This document shows, piece after piece, positions 44,686 to 52,715 of a DNA stretch of 64,000 nt. The notes under the pieces are model-generated. The model was not told the origin of the DNA, did no database searches, and saw nothing but the letters and a program-made list of their open reading frames with translations. Origin of the DNA: an uncultured Candidatus Saccharibacteria bacterium (GTDB taxonomy: Bacteria > Patescibacteriota > Saccharimonadia > Saccharimonadales > JAGQNJ01). Positions within the stretch are counted from its first letter, which is position 1. The number at the start of each line of letters is the position of its first letter. The translations under genes and the position numbers were made by a program. The DNA lies in assembly GCA_964602865.1 (NCBI GenBank), contig CAZRSX010000001.1, positions 153,986-217,985 on the forward strand, in the 5' to 3' direction.

Positions 44686-46599
44686 TTATTCCCATTCGGT
44701 GGTGGCCGGTGGCTTGTTGGTGAGCTCGAGGAACACCTGGCTAATACCCTCGACCTCGCCCAAAATACGTTCGGCGGTTACTTGTATAAAATCCTCGGGC
44801 ACGTCTTTGCCGGGGATGACGGCCTTTGCGGTCAGGTAGGTGCTGGTGATAATCGGGCGAAGAACAATAGAGCGCTCGCCCTTTTTGCCAAAAGAGAGAG
44901 GAAGCAATATCACCGGACATTGGCTGATGGTTTTGAGTAGTTTGTGGCGGCGCATTTCTTCGAATACGATGCGATCAGCTTGGCGCAATTGCTGGCGCTC
45001 ACGCTTGCCCAGAGACGTTTCTGTTAAAGAAAGTTTTGACAATGGAGCCTCGCCAAGCGCGTAGACCACTCGATTGATAGTCCCGCGGAAGTTGCCTGGA
45101 ATCTCGCGGGCAAGTACCGATAGATCTGCCCAAGTAGCCTTGCCCTGCAGTGCGCCCGGAAGGACATATGAGCGAGCATCACCGCCGACACCGACGCTTC
45201 TTGTAGGCAGGAGGCGAGCCGTAAGTTTTTTGCTTGTTGCGACGACGTATGCTTGCAGCTTTTTTTCTATTTTGTGGTTGGGTTCTTCATATTCGTTTGC
45301 TTGCAGGCATAAGATTCTAATGGCGTTGCCTGGCCCAGGGAATGGTTGGCGCCAGACAACATCGTCGGGCAGGCCCAGGTATTCGCCTAAGCTGCGGACT
45401 TCGTCTTTGTGCAGGTCGTCGAGCGGCTCAATCAGCAAACCGGCAGCTTCGAGCTCCTTGATTTCTTTGACTTGGTTATGGTGTTCTTTGATTTGCTCGG
45501 TCTTGGTGTCGCCTCTGCTGTGGCCGCTCTCGATGCGGTCAGCGGCGTTGGTGCCCTGTAGTAGCATGACTTCCTCGGCGCCAAGGCCAAGGCTAGCAGC
45601 GACTTCGTCTTTGAGTTCTGCGAACTTTTTGCCGATGATTTTGCGTTTGATTTGCGGATCGGCAACCGTGATGAGCGGTCCCAAGACGTTGCCATCAACC
45701 GTAACGGTTGCTTGCTCAAATGCTTTGCTGGCGTCAATGGCCTTAACCTGAACGCCCAGTTTTTGCAGCATGGCAATCACCGAGTCGTCCTCGTCGCGCA
45801 TAAAGCCGTTGTCGAAATAGAACGCGTGCAGTTTGCTAGGCTTCATCGCTTTACTGGCCAAAATGGTCGCGACGGTCGAGTCAATGCCGCCGCTGGCAAA
45901 TGCAATCACATGGCGCTGGCCTGCTTGCTTGGCGATGCGTTTTTGCCGGTCGCGGCACTGCGTAGCAGCGTGCCTGGCAAGCAGTGACTTGTCGGGCGCA
46001 AGCCCGCAGATGTCTTCGAAAAAGCCGCGGAAAATATCAAAACCATACGGTGTCTCGTCAAAGACCTCTGGGTGAAACTGCACCGCGACCAGGTTATCCC
46101 GCGCAAGCGCTGATAAAACAGTCTGTTGTGGCGCGTCACCAATGGTGTGGCTGCCGATAACGCTGAAGCCAGGCGGTGCTTTGGTGACAAAATCGCCGTG
46201 TGTGAACAGGGCGGTGATTTCTTTTTTGACCCGGCCAAAGAGCGGGTGACTCGTATCAACGTTAGTGGCAATGCTGCCGTCTTGCCGTCTCTGGCCTGGC
46301 TCGACCGTGCCGCCAAGTGCCAAGGCCATCGCCTGCTGACCATAGCAGATACCAAACACGCCTTTTTTGGTAGCCCACAAGGCCGGGTCTGGCATTGGTG
46401 CGCCATTGGCGTGCGTGCTGGCAGGGCCGCCGCTGACGATAAAACAACTATATTTTGACTCAATTTGCCTAAACGGTGTGGCCAAGGGAATAATCTCTGC
46501 CGCGTAGCCGAGCCGGAGACAGGCTTTTTGAATAAGATCGACGTACTGGGCGCCGGCATCAAGGATAGCAACAGGCTTTGGGGCCTCGGGCTTCTTCAT
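44686..46599 (-). CDS. guaA: GMP synthase (glutamine-hydrolysing), long form
   Basis: GATase domain (ILDAGAQY..., GICYGQQ, FHPEV), PP-loop AFASGGIDSTV, and the C-terminal signature PPATTEWE. At 637 aa it is about 110 aa longer than typical bacterial GuaA. Confidence 0.9.
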   Translation of the reverse strand: MKKPEAPKPVAILDAGAQYVDLIQKACLRLGYAAEIIPLATPFRQIESKYSCFIVSGGPASTHANGAPMPDPALWATKKGVFGICYGQQAMALALGGTVEPGQRRQDGSIATNVDTSHPLFGRVKKEITALFTHGDFVTKAPPGFSVIGSHTIGDAPQQTVLSALARDNLVAVQFHPEVFDETPYGFDIFRGFFEDICGLAPDKSLLARHAATQCRDRQKRIAKQAGQRHVIAFASGGIDSTVATILASKAMKPSKLHAFYFDNGFMRDEDDSVIAMLQKLGVQVKAIDASKAFEQATVTVDGNVLGPLITVADPQIKRKIIGKKFAELKDEVAASLGLGAEEVMLLQGTNAADRIESGHSRGDTKTEQIKEHHNQVKEIKELEAAGLLIEPLDDLHKDEVRSLGEYLGLPDDVVWRQPFPGPGNAIRILCLQANEYEEPNHKIEKKLQAYVVATSKKLTARLLPTRSVGVGGDARSYVLPGALQGKATWADLSVLAREIPGNFRGTINRVVYALGEAPLSKLSLTETSLGKRERQQLRQADRIVFEEMRRHKLLKTISQCPVILLPLSFGKKGERSIVLRPIITSTYLTAKAVIPGKDVPEDFIQVTAERILGEVEGISQVFLELTNKPPATTEWE

Positions 46600-46653
46600 G
46601 GATTAATAAAACCACAATAGTGGCACGACAAGCAACAAAAAAGAACCACAGGG

Positions 46654-46755
46654 TTTACAATGATTTACCAAAAGCGCTATAATTAAATCTCAGTATGATA
46701 ACTGGAAAAGCCCACACTATAGAACCATAAACACCTCCCTCGCGGAGGTGTTTTT
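46654..46755 (+). promoter_or_regulatory. promoter + 11-codon leader ORF + intrinsic terminator (attenuator or small RNA)
   Basis: TTTACA (46654) - 18 nt - TATAAT (46678). The mini-ORF ATGATAACTGGAAAAGCCCACACTATAGAACCATAA spans 46695-46730. The terminator AACACCTCC-ctcgc-GGAGGTGTT plus a T-run spans 46730-46755. Confidence 0.5.
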
Positions 46756-46778
46756 AATATAAAATGAAAGGAGTACTT

Positions 46779-47021
46779 ATGGGTTATCAGCAAGGTTACG
46801 AAAGAAGCCCCTTCGAACTAACATTAAGCGATCTAGACGTATCTGCAATAAGCTCAAGCCAAGCACAAGATATTCTCGCTGGTATGACGCCAGACGATCA
46901 AGAGGCACACCATAGAAGAATGATGCACTATGGCAGCAAGTATGACAGAGAAGCAATGCCACAAGAGGAGATGGACTCGCTACTAGCGGTCGAGAGTCTC
47001 TTTCGCGCAGTGGGTCAGTAG
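46779..47021 (+). CDS. hypothetical protein (80 aa)
   Basis: The ATG at 46779 is preceded by AAAGGAG. There is no recognised domain. It is the first gene of the pyrB-tilS-ftsH string. Confidence 0.4.
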   Translation: MGYQQGYERSPFELTLSDLDVSAISSSQAQDILAGMTPDDQEAHHRRMMHYGSKYDREAMPQEEMDSLLAVESLFRAVGQ

Positions 47022-47032
47022 GGTCAAGCAGT

Positions 47033-48124
47033 ATGACAATCAATGATACGAATGCTCAGCGAATAGAAGTGGAGCCAAGGCCAGTTATGCCCTTCGGGGC
47101 TGGAGACGATAGGCACGTTATCTCGGCAGCGCAGTTCAATCCAGATCTCCTACCTGAGTTATTTGAACGAGCAGATGAGCTCCGTACACTGGACGAACAG
47201 GATGACACACAGCGCGAGTTAGCACAAAGACATATTGGACGACGAATTGCCGTCACATTTCATGAGCCGTCTACTCGCACTGATTTTAGTTTTCGTACCG
47301 CGGCAGTAGCGATGGGTGTCGGTGTTGTGAACACAAACGCTGCTGGTATTTTCTCTTCAGCGGCAAAAGGTGAAACTATCGAAGACAATGCTTTAACGCT
47401 CGATGAATTTGGTTACAAAGCGGTAGTTATTCGTCATGGCACCGAAGGGAGTTTGGCTCGCGCGGCATCAGTGAGTAAAACGCCCATCATTAACGCAGGC
47501 GATGGTCCTGGCGAACACCCCACGCAGGCTTTACTCGATGCCTACACAATTCATCGAGAGTTTGGCAGTCTAACTGATAAGAATGTTGTGTTTGGCGGGG
47601 ATCTTCGATTTGGTCGTACGGTACACTCGCTGGTTCAACTTCTGGCACAGTGCGAAGGTACTAGTTTTACTTTTGCATCTACCGCGGAGCTACAGATAAG
47701 TGATGGGATAAAGACGATGCTTCGACAGAAAGGCATGCCATACCGTGAGACAGATGATATCTACGATGCTTTAAGCGACCCGAGCACTGATGTGGTGTAC
47801 TGGACTCGTACGCAAAAAGAGCGGCAAGTTCAACCAAAGCGATTTACTGATAAAGCCCGCTTCCTTGGCGACAGAACTCTTCAACGAGCGCGCCAGTTTT
47901 GGTCGCCGGCTGAAGAACCTCAAGCAGGGTTCGTGCTCAACCCAGATACTATAAGAAGGTTGTCAAGCAAAGCTTGCATTATGCATCCATTACCTAGAGT
48001 TGACGAGATAGATACGGCAATAGACCGTGATCCGCGCTCTATCTACTTCAAGCAGGTTGGTAACGGACTCTATGCACGAATGGCATTGCTTGACCATATC
48101 ATCGAGAGCACTCCCCGCTCTTAA
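47033..48124 (+). CDS. pyrB: aspartate carbamoyltransferase catalytic-chain-like protein
   Basis: Motifs FHEPSTRTDFSF, HPTQALLD and HPLPRV (ATCase-type rather than OTCase HCLP). It has N-terminal and internal extensions relative to a typical PyrB. Confidence 0.75.
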   Translation: MTINDTNAQRIEVEPRPVMPFGAGDDRHVISAAQFNPDLLPELFERADELRTLDEQDDTQRELAQRHIGRRIAVTFHEPSTRTDFSFRTAAVAMGVGVVNTNAAGIFSSAAKGETIEDNALTLDEFGYKAVVIRHGTEGSLARAASVSKTPIINAGDGPGEHPTQALLDAYTIHREFGSLTDKNVVFGGDLRFGRTVHSLVQLLAQCEGTSFTFASTAELQISDGIKTMLRQKGMPYRETDDIYDALSDPSTDVVYWTRTQKERQVQPKRFTDKARFLGDRTLQRARQFWSPAEEPQAGFVLNPDTIRRLSSKACIMHPLPRVDEIDTAIDRDPRSIYFKQVGNGLYARMALLDHIIESTPRS

Positions 48125-48142
48125 GCTGTTACAATTGCAAGT

Positions 48143-49018
48143 ATGCAGGTAAGTATGGTTCGAGGTATATATATAGTGGCGGTTTCGGGCGGGGTGGATT
48201 CGGTGGTTTTGCTGGATATGCTTACAAAACAACCCGGGTTAAAACTTATCGTGGCGCATTTTGATCACGGGATTCGGCCTGACTCGTCCAAAGACAGAAT
48301 ATTTGTCGCAAACCTTTCGCAAAAATATAACGTACCATTTGAATACGAAACAGGAAATCTTGGGACATCGGCCAGCGAAGACCAAGCACGAACAGCGCGC
48401 TATGCATTTCTTCGTCGTGTCCGCAAAAAATATAATGCCGATGCGATTGTGACCGCTCATCACCAAGACGATGTGATTGAGACGATGTTTATTAATATAT
48501 TGCGGGGTACAAAACAAAAAGGACTGATCTCGCTTGCCAGCAAGACGGATATTGTTCGTCCACTGCTCGCAGTGAGCAAACGGGATATTACGAACTACGC
48601 AAAAAAGCACAACCTCGTTTGGCACGAAGATAGCACAAATGCCGATACGCGCTATGTGCGCAACTGGCTTCGGCACACGGTATTGCCGCGCCTGAGCCAG
48701 GCCGATAGAGAACACCTTGTTTCGCTCTACGAAAAAACGAAAGCCACCGATGCCGAACTACTATCGCTGCTTGACGTCCTGGGTGCACAAAATGAGGTAA
48801 TGGACAGAAAGGTGCTGATGGCGTTACCGCATGATGCGGCCAAAGAATATGTCGCCCAGTGGCTCCGCAACCAGGGTGTACGTGGTATTGACCACAACGC
48901 TGTTGAGCGGCTGGTTATTGGTGGCAAGACGCTGCCGGCCGGCAAAAGCATCAATGTCAAGAAAGATATCATGGCCCAAATTACCACCGACACTATCGAA
49001 CTTGCAAAACTGCCATAG
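48143..49018 (+). CDS. tilS: tRNA(Ile)-lysidine synthetase
   Basis: PP-loop VAVSGGVDSVVLLDML, HFDHGIR and TAHHQDD. It is adjacent to ftsH, as in many bacteria. Confidence 0.85.
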   Translation: MQVSMVRGIYIVAVSGGVDSVVLLDMLTKQPGLKLIVAHFDHGIRPDSSKDRIFVANLSQKYNVPFEYETGNLGTSASEDQARTARYAFLRRVRKKYNADAIVTAHHQDDVIETMFINILRGTKQKGLISLASKTDIVRPLLAVSKRDITNYAKKHNLVWHEDSTNADTRYVRNWLRHTVLPRLSQADREHLVSLYEKTKATDAELLSLLDVLGAQNEVMDRKVLMALPHDAAKEYVAQWLRNQGVRGIDHNAVERLVIGGKTLPAGKSINVKKDIMAQITTDTIELAKLP

Positions 49019-49057
49019 CGCAAACAGACCGTTCTCTTGTATAATAGTTCGCACTGT

Positions 49058-50926
49058 ATGAAGAAACAGCCTTTCAATCAACCAGGGAATGACTATAGCA
49101 AGCGGCGCGGCTTTAAAAACGTCGGGTTTTTGGCCCTGCTTATTTTAATCGGTCTGATATTGTTTACTGCCTACAACCAGCCATCGAAGCTTGAGTCGGT
49201 GCCATTTTCACAAGTTATCATGCAAGCAAACGAGGGCGAGATAAAGCGCATTGACGTCAAGGGCAATGAGCTGGAAATAACCATGCAGGGCGAGGACGCG
49301 CCAAGCGCGACATCGCGAAAAGAAGGTGGTTCAAGTCTGTACGAGCAAGGACTCACCAACCGTGAAGTCGAGGTCAACGTCCAGCCGGAGTCAAGCTCAG
49401 GCGACATGTGGGCGCAGATCGGTATTTCGTTGCTGCCGGTTATTCTTATTTGCGCAGCGTTGTTTTTCATGCTCAGAAGTGCACAGGGGCAGGGCAATCA
49501 AGCCATGAGTTTTGGTAAGAGCAAAGCCAGGCTGTACGGTAACGAAAAAGACAAAGTTATGTTTAAGAATATTGCCGGAACAGAAGAGGCCAAACAAGAC
49601 CTCGAGGAAGTCGTCGAATTCCTGAAATTCCCTAAGAAATTTGAATCCGTTGGTGCCAAAATTCCAAAAGGCGTCTTGCTCGTTGGCTCTCCCGGGACCG
49701 GTAAAACCATGCTGGCGCGGGCGGTAGCTGGTGAGGCCGGCGTGCCGTTCTTTAGCATTTCTGGCTCAGAATTTGTAGAAATGTTTGTCGGAGTTGGTGC
49801 TTCCAGGGTTCGCGACTTATTCGCCAAAGCCAAGAAAAACGCACCATGCATTATCTTTGTCGACGAAATTGACGCGGTGGGGCGTAAACGCGGTTCGGGC
49901 ATGGGCGGTGGCCACGATGAGCGCGAGCAAACACTGAACCAGATTTTGGTCGAGATGGACGGTTTCGAGCAAGGCCAGAATGTGATTGTACTGGCTGCCA
50001 CGAACCGAGCTGATGTGTTGGATCCGGCGCTGCTTCGCCCTGGTCGTTTCGATCGCCGCGTTAACATCAGCCTACCCGATCGCAAAGACCGAGAGGCAAT
50101 CCTCAAAGTCCATTCCAAGAAAAAGCCGATTAGCAAAGCGGTTGACCTGGACGCCCTGGCCGCAAAGACCGCCGGAAGCAGCGGTGCAGACCTGGCAAAT
50201 ATCATCAACGAAGCGGCCATAATAGCGGCGCGCCACAACCGCAAAGAAATCATCCAACACGATATCACCGAAGCGTTTGAAAAAGTCGCCATCGGACCAG
50301 AACGCAAGAGCAAGATCATGTCCCAAAAAGAGAAAGAACTATCGGCGTATCATGAGGCTGGTCACGCCTTGGTTGGTCACGTGCTGCCCGACAGCGACCC
50401 GATTCACAAGGTAACGATTATTTCGCGGGGCAACACCGGCGGTGTCACCTGGTCTATTCCACCTGAAGACAAGAGTTATCACAGTATCGTTGAATTTAAG
50501 GATGTGTTGGCCCGGATGTTAGGTGGCCGAATCGCCGAAGAAATTGTTTATGGTGTCGATCATGTCACCACCGGTGCAGGCTCGGACTTACCGAGTGCGG
50601 CTGAACTGGCTCGGGAAATGATTGTCAAGCAAGGTATGGGGAGCGGTAAACTTCGTAACCAAGTGTTTAATGAACAAGAGGGCATCATGATGGACAAGCT
50701 GATGCACGAACGCCAGTACTCGGAAGAAACTGCTAAAACAATTGATGATGAAATTGAGCGCCTAATTGCCGAGGCCGCCACTCGTGCCCGGGTAGTTATT
50801 AAAGCCAACCGGACCAAGCTCGAAGACCTCAAAGAAGTGCTCATCAAAAAAGAAACCGTCGAAGCCGAAGAAGTGCTTGAAATCCTCAAAGGCTCCTCGA
50901 TGCCTAAAGCCGCAGCGCTGTACTAA
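49058..50926 (+). CDS. ftsH: ATP-dependent zinc metalloprotease FtsH
   Basis: Walker A GSPGTGKT, Walker [31 protein letters not shown], and zinc motif HEAGHAL. The ORF-track TTG start at 49037 coincides with a TTGTATAAT promoter-like string, so the ATG at 49058 is preferred. Confidence 0.95.
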   Translation: MKKQPFNQPGNDYSKRRGFKNVGFLALLILIGLILFTAYNQPSKLESVPFSQVIMQANEGEIKRIDVKGNELEITMQGEDAPSATSRKEGGSSLYEQGLTNREVEVNVQPESSSGDMWAQIGISLLPVILICAALFFMLRSAQGQGNQAMSFGKSKARLYGNEKDKVMFKNIAGTEEAKQDLEEVVEFLKFPKKFESVGAKIPKGVLLVGSPGTGKTMLARAVAGEAGVPFFSISGSEFVEMFVGVGASRVRDLFAKAKKNAPCIIFVDEIDAVGRKRGSGMGGGHDEREQTLNQILVEMDGFEQGQNVIVLAATNRADVLDPALLRPGRFDRRVNISLPDRKDREAILKVHSKKKPISKAVDLDALAAKTAGSSGADLANIINEAAIIAARHNRKEIIQHDITEAFEKVAIGPERKSKIMSQKEKELSAYHEAGHALVGHVLPDSDPIHKVTIISRGNTGGVTWSIPPEDKSYHSIVEFKDVLARMLGGRIAEEIVYGVDHVTTGAGSDLPSAAELAREMIVKQGMGSGKLRNQVFNEQEGIMMDKLMHERQYSEETAKTIDDEIERLIAEAATRARVVIKANRTKLEDLKEVLIKKETVEAEEVLEILKGSSMPKAAALY

Positions 50927-50985
50927 CAAAACCGTTGATTTTCACTTAGATTTTTACGGCAAACCTCCCTATAATAAAGGGCAAG

Positions 50986-51090
50986 ATGAATCCCGTTAAA
51001 ACTCAAAACATGGTCTGCTTTATTGACATGATGGAAATCAGTAGTCCATGCCTAGCATGGAATCAACTAATTGGGTTAAGCGAGCTCTAA
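50986..51090 (+). CDS. 34-codon upstream ORF ending 4 nt before the murJ start
   Basis: MNPVKTQNMVCFIDMMEISSPCLAWNQLIGLSEL. The ATG lies 10 nt downstream of a TATAAT (50970-50975). The stop TAA (51088-51090) is followed by cggg and then the murJ ATG. Coding status is unproven. Confidence 0.25.
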   Translation: MNPVKTQNMVCFIDMMEISSPCLAWNQLIGLSEL

Positions 51091-51094
51091 CGGG

Positions 51095-52681
51095 ATGAAT
51101 CGTTTTTTACGTCGAGCAACAACACGACTTTCAGTCAGTGGCGCGGCTGCCCTTTTGATGGGCGTGACGCTCGGCGGCCAATTGCTCGGATTTTTGCGCA
51201 ATCGTTTGATCAGTACCAACTTTACGGTTAGCGACCCGGGCTCATCAGACGCTTTTTTTGCGGCCTTTCAAATTCCTGATTTCTTTTTCTACACTATTTC
51301 GGCTGGCGCGCTGGGCGTGGCATTCATTCCGTTTTTGAGCGATCGCTTGCAGGCCGGCGACAAAAAAGGCGCGTGGGAACTGACCAATAGTTTGCTCAAT
51401 GTGCTGATCGTGGTCATGCTGGCTGTCGGCGCACTGATACTGATCTTTGCCGAGCCGCTGATTGGTGCGTTGGCACCGAACTTACCACCCGATCACAAGC
51501 AGGAAGCAATCACTATCATGCGACTTATTGCCATGAACCCACTGTTGTTCAGTTTGGCCGGTATTATTACGAGCGTACAGCAAACTTATGGCCGATTTTT
51601 TTTCTATGCAATGGCGCCGCTTGTCTACAACTTCTCCATAATCGTTAGCATATTTGTGTTTGGCAATAGCATGGGAATTGTTGGGCTTGGCGTCGGCGCA
51701 CTTATTGGCGGCGTGCTGCAGTTGCTTATTGCAATTGTCGGTATGGTCGGGCTTGGCTATAGGTATCGGCCGCGTATCAATTGGCAAAGTGGCCGCTTTA
51801 GGGCCATGATGCGCCAACTGCCGCCGCGCTCGCTTGACCAGGGTATAGACCAGGTCAACAGTATCGTTGAGGTGAATCGAGCGCAGGCTCTTGGCACCGG
51901 CCCGATTAGCTACTACAATTTTGCGCTCACCCTGCAGAACGTACCAGTCATGCTGCTCGGTAACGCTATTTCTATTGCTGCTTTTCCACGCCTGACTGAG
52001 CGGCTATCACAGGGCCGGCCGGATCTGTTTCGCAAAGACTTCCTCAAAGTGCTCGGTATTATGATTTGGATGGCGTTGCCAGTTGTGGTGATTAGTTTTT
52101 TTGCTCGCGGCTATCTTGCCCGTCTGATCTTCGGTAGTGCTTCACCGCAAGTTGCCTTGATCTTTGGCTTTTTGTCGGCGGCAATATTTTTCCGCATTAT
52201 CTATAGCATTATCTCGCGGTATTTTTATGCTCACAAAGACTCGATGACGCCGCTTTTGGTATCAATTTTTGCTATCGGACTCAACATTTACCTCGCCTTT
52301 ACGCTCGCTCGCCCCGACGCCTATAGCATTTCCGGTCTGGCCATTGCACAGTCGATTGTCGCGTCAGTCGAAGTGTTGATACTGACGATAATAATTATCG
52401 TGCGCGACCGGCATTTTTTCACCGGCGCATTTATAGAAAAACTAACGCGGATGCTCTCGGCCACTGGCTTTGCTATTGTTGCGACCTACATCATGGTGCA
52501 GACGTTGCCACTCAGCGTTAACGACCGCGGCTTTGTGACGCTTGGCGGTAAGTTGATAAGTATCGCTGCTGTCACGATTGCTGTTTATCTTGTTACTTCT
52601 TTGCTGCTGGGGCTGGAAGAGCCCAAACCGGTTATCAGAAAAGCAAAGGCCATAATTCTAAAACCAATCCGTATCCAGTAG
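51095..52681 (+). CDS. murJ: lipid II flippase MurJ (MviN family)
   Basis: 528 aa with about 14 TM helices. The N-terminal pattern GQLLGFLRNRLISTNFG-like and FFAAFQIPDFFF is typical of MurJ/MOP. Confidence 0.85.
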   Translation: MNRFLRRATTRLSVSGAAALLMGVTLGGQLLGFLRNRLISTNFTVSDPGSSDAFFAAFQIPDFFFYTISAGALGVAFIPFLSDRLQAGDKKGAWELTNSLLNVLIVVMLAVGALILIFAEPLIGALAPNLPPDHKQEAITIMRLIAMNPLLFSLAGIITSVQQTYGRFFFYAMAPLVYNFSIIVSIFVFGNSMGIVGLGVGALIGGVLQLLIAIVGMVGLGYRYRPRINWQSGRFRAMMRQLPPRSLDQGIDQVNSIVEVNRAQALGTGPISYYNFALTLQNVPVMLLGNAISIAAFPRLTERLSQGRPDLFRKDFLKVLGIMIWMALPVVVISFFARGYLARLIFGSASPQVALIFGFLSAAIFFRIIYSIISRYFYAHKDSMTPLLVSIFAIGLNIYLAFTLARPDAYSISGLAIAQSIVASVEVLILTIIIIVRDRHFFTGAFIEKLTRMLSATGFAIVATYIMVQTLPLSVNDRGFVTLGGKLISIAAVTIAVYLVTSLLLGLEEPKPVIRKAKAIILKPIRIQ

Positions 52682-52715
52682 AGTTCTTGAGCTACCTCTG
52701 TTATACTAGACCATC

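Noticed and set aside
46690-46755. PyrR-binding loop or T-box-type motif in the leader upstream of the pyrB operon
   Set aside because: I looked for the PyrR consensus (ARUCCAGAGAGGYU-like) and for T-box specifier or T-box sequences and found neither. Only the leader-ORF/terminator geometry is retained as a finding.
49037-49057. TTG start of ftsH in the track
   Set aside because: The TTG is part of a TTGTATAAT promoter-like string. The ATG at 49058 (MKKQPFNQ) is the more plausible start.
49498-50319. 273-aa minus-strand ORF
   Set aside because: It lies entirely inside, and antisense to, the highly conserved AAA+ core of ftsH.
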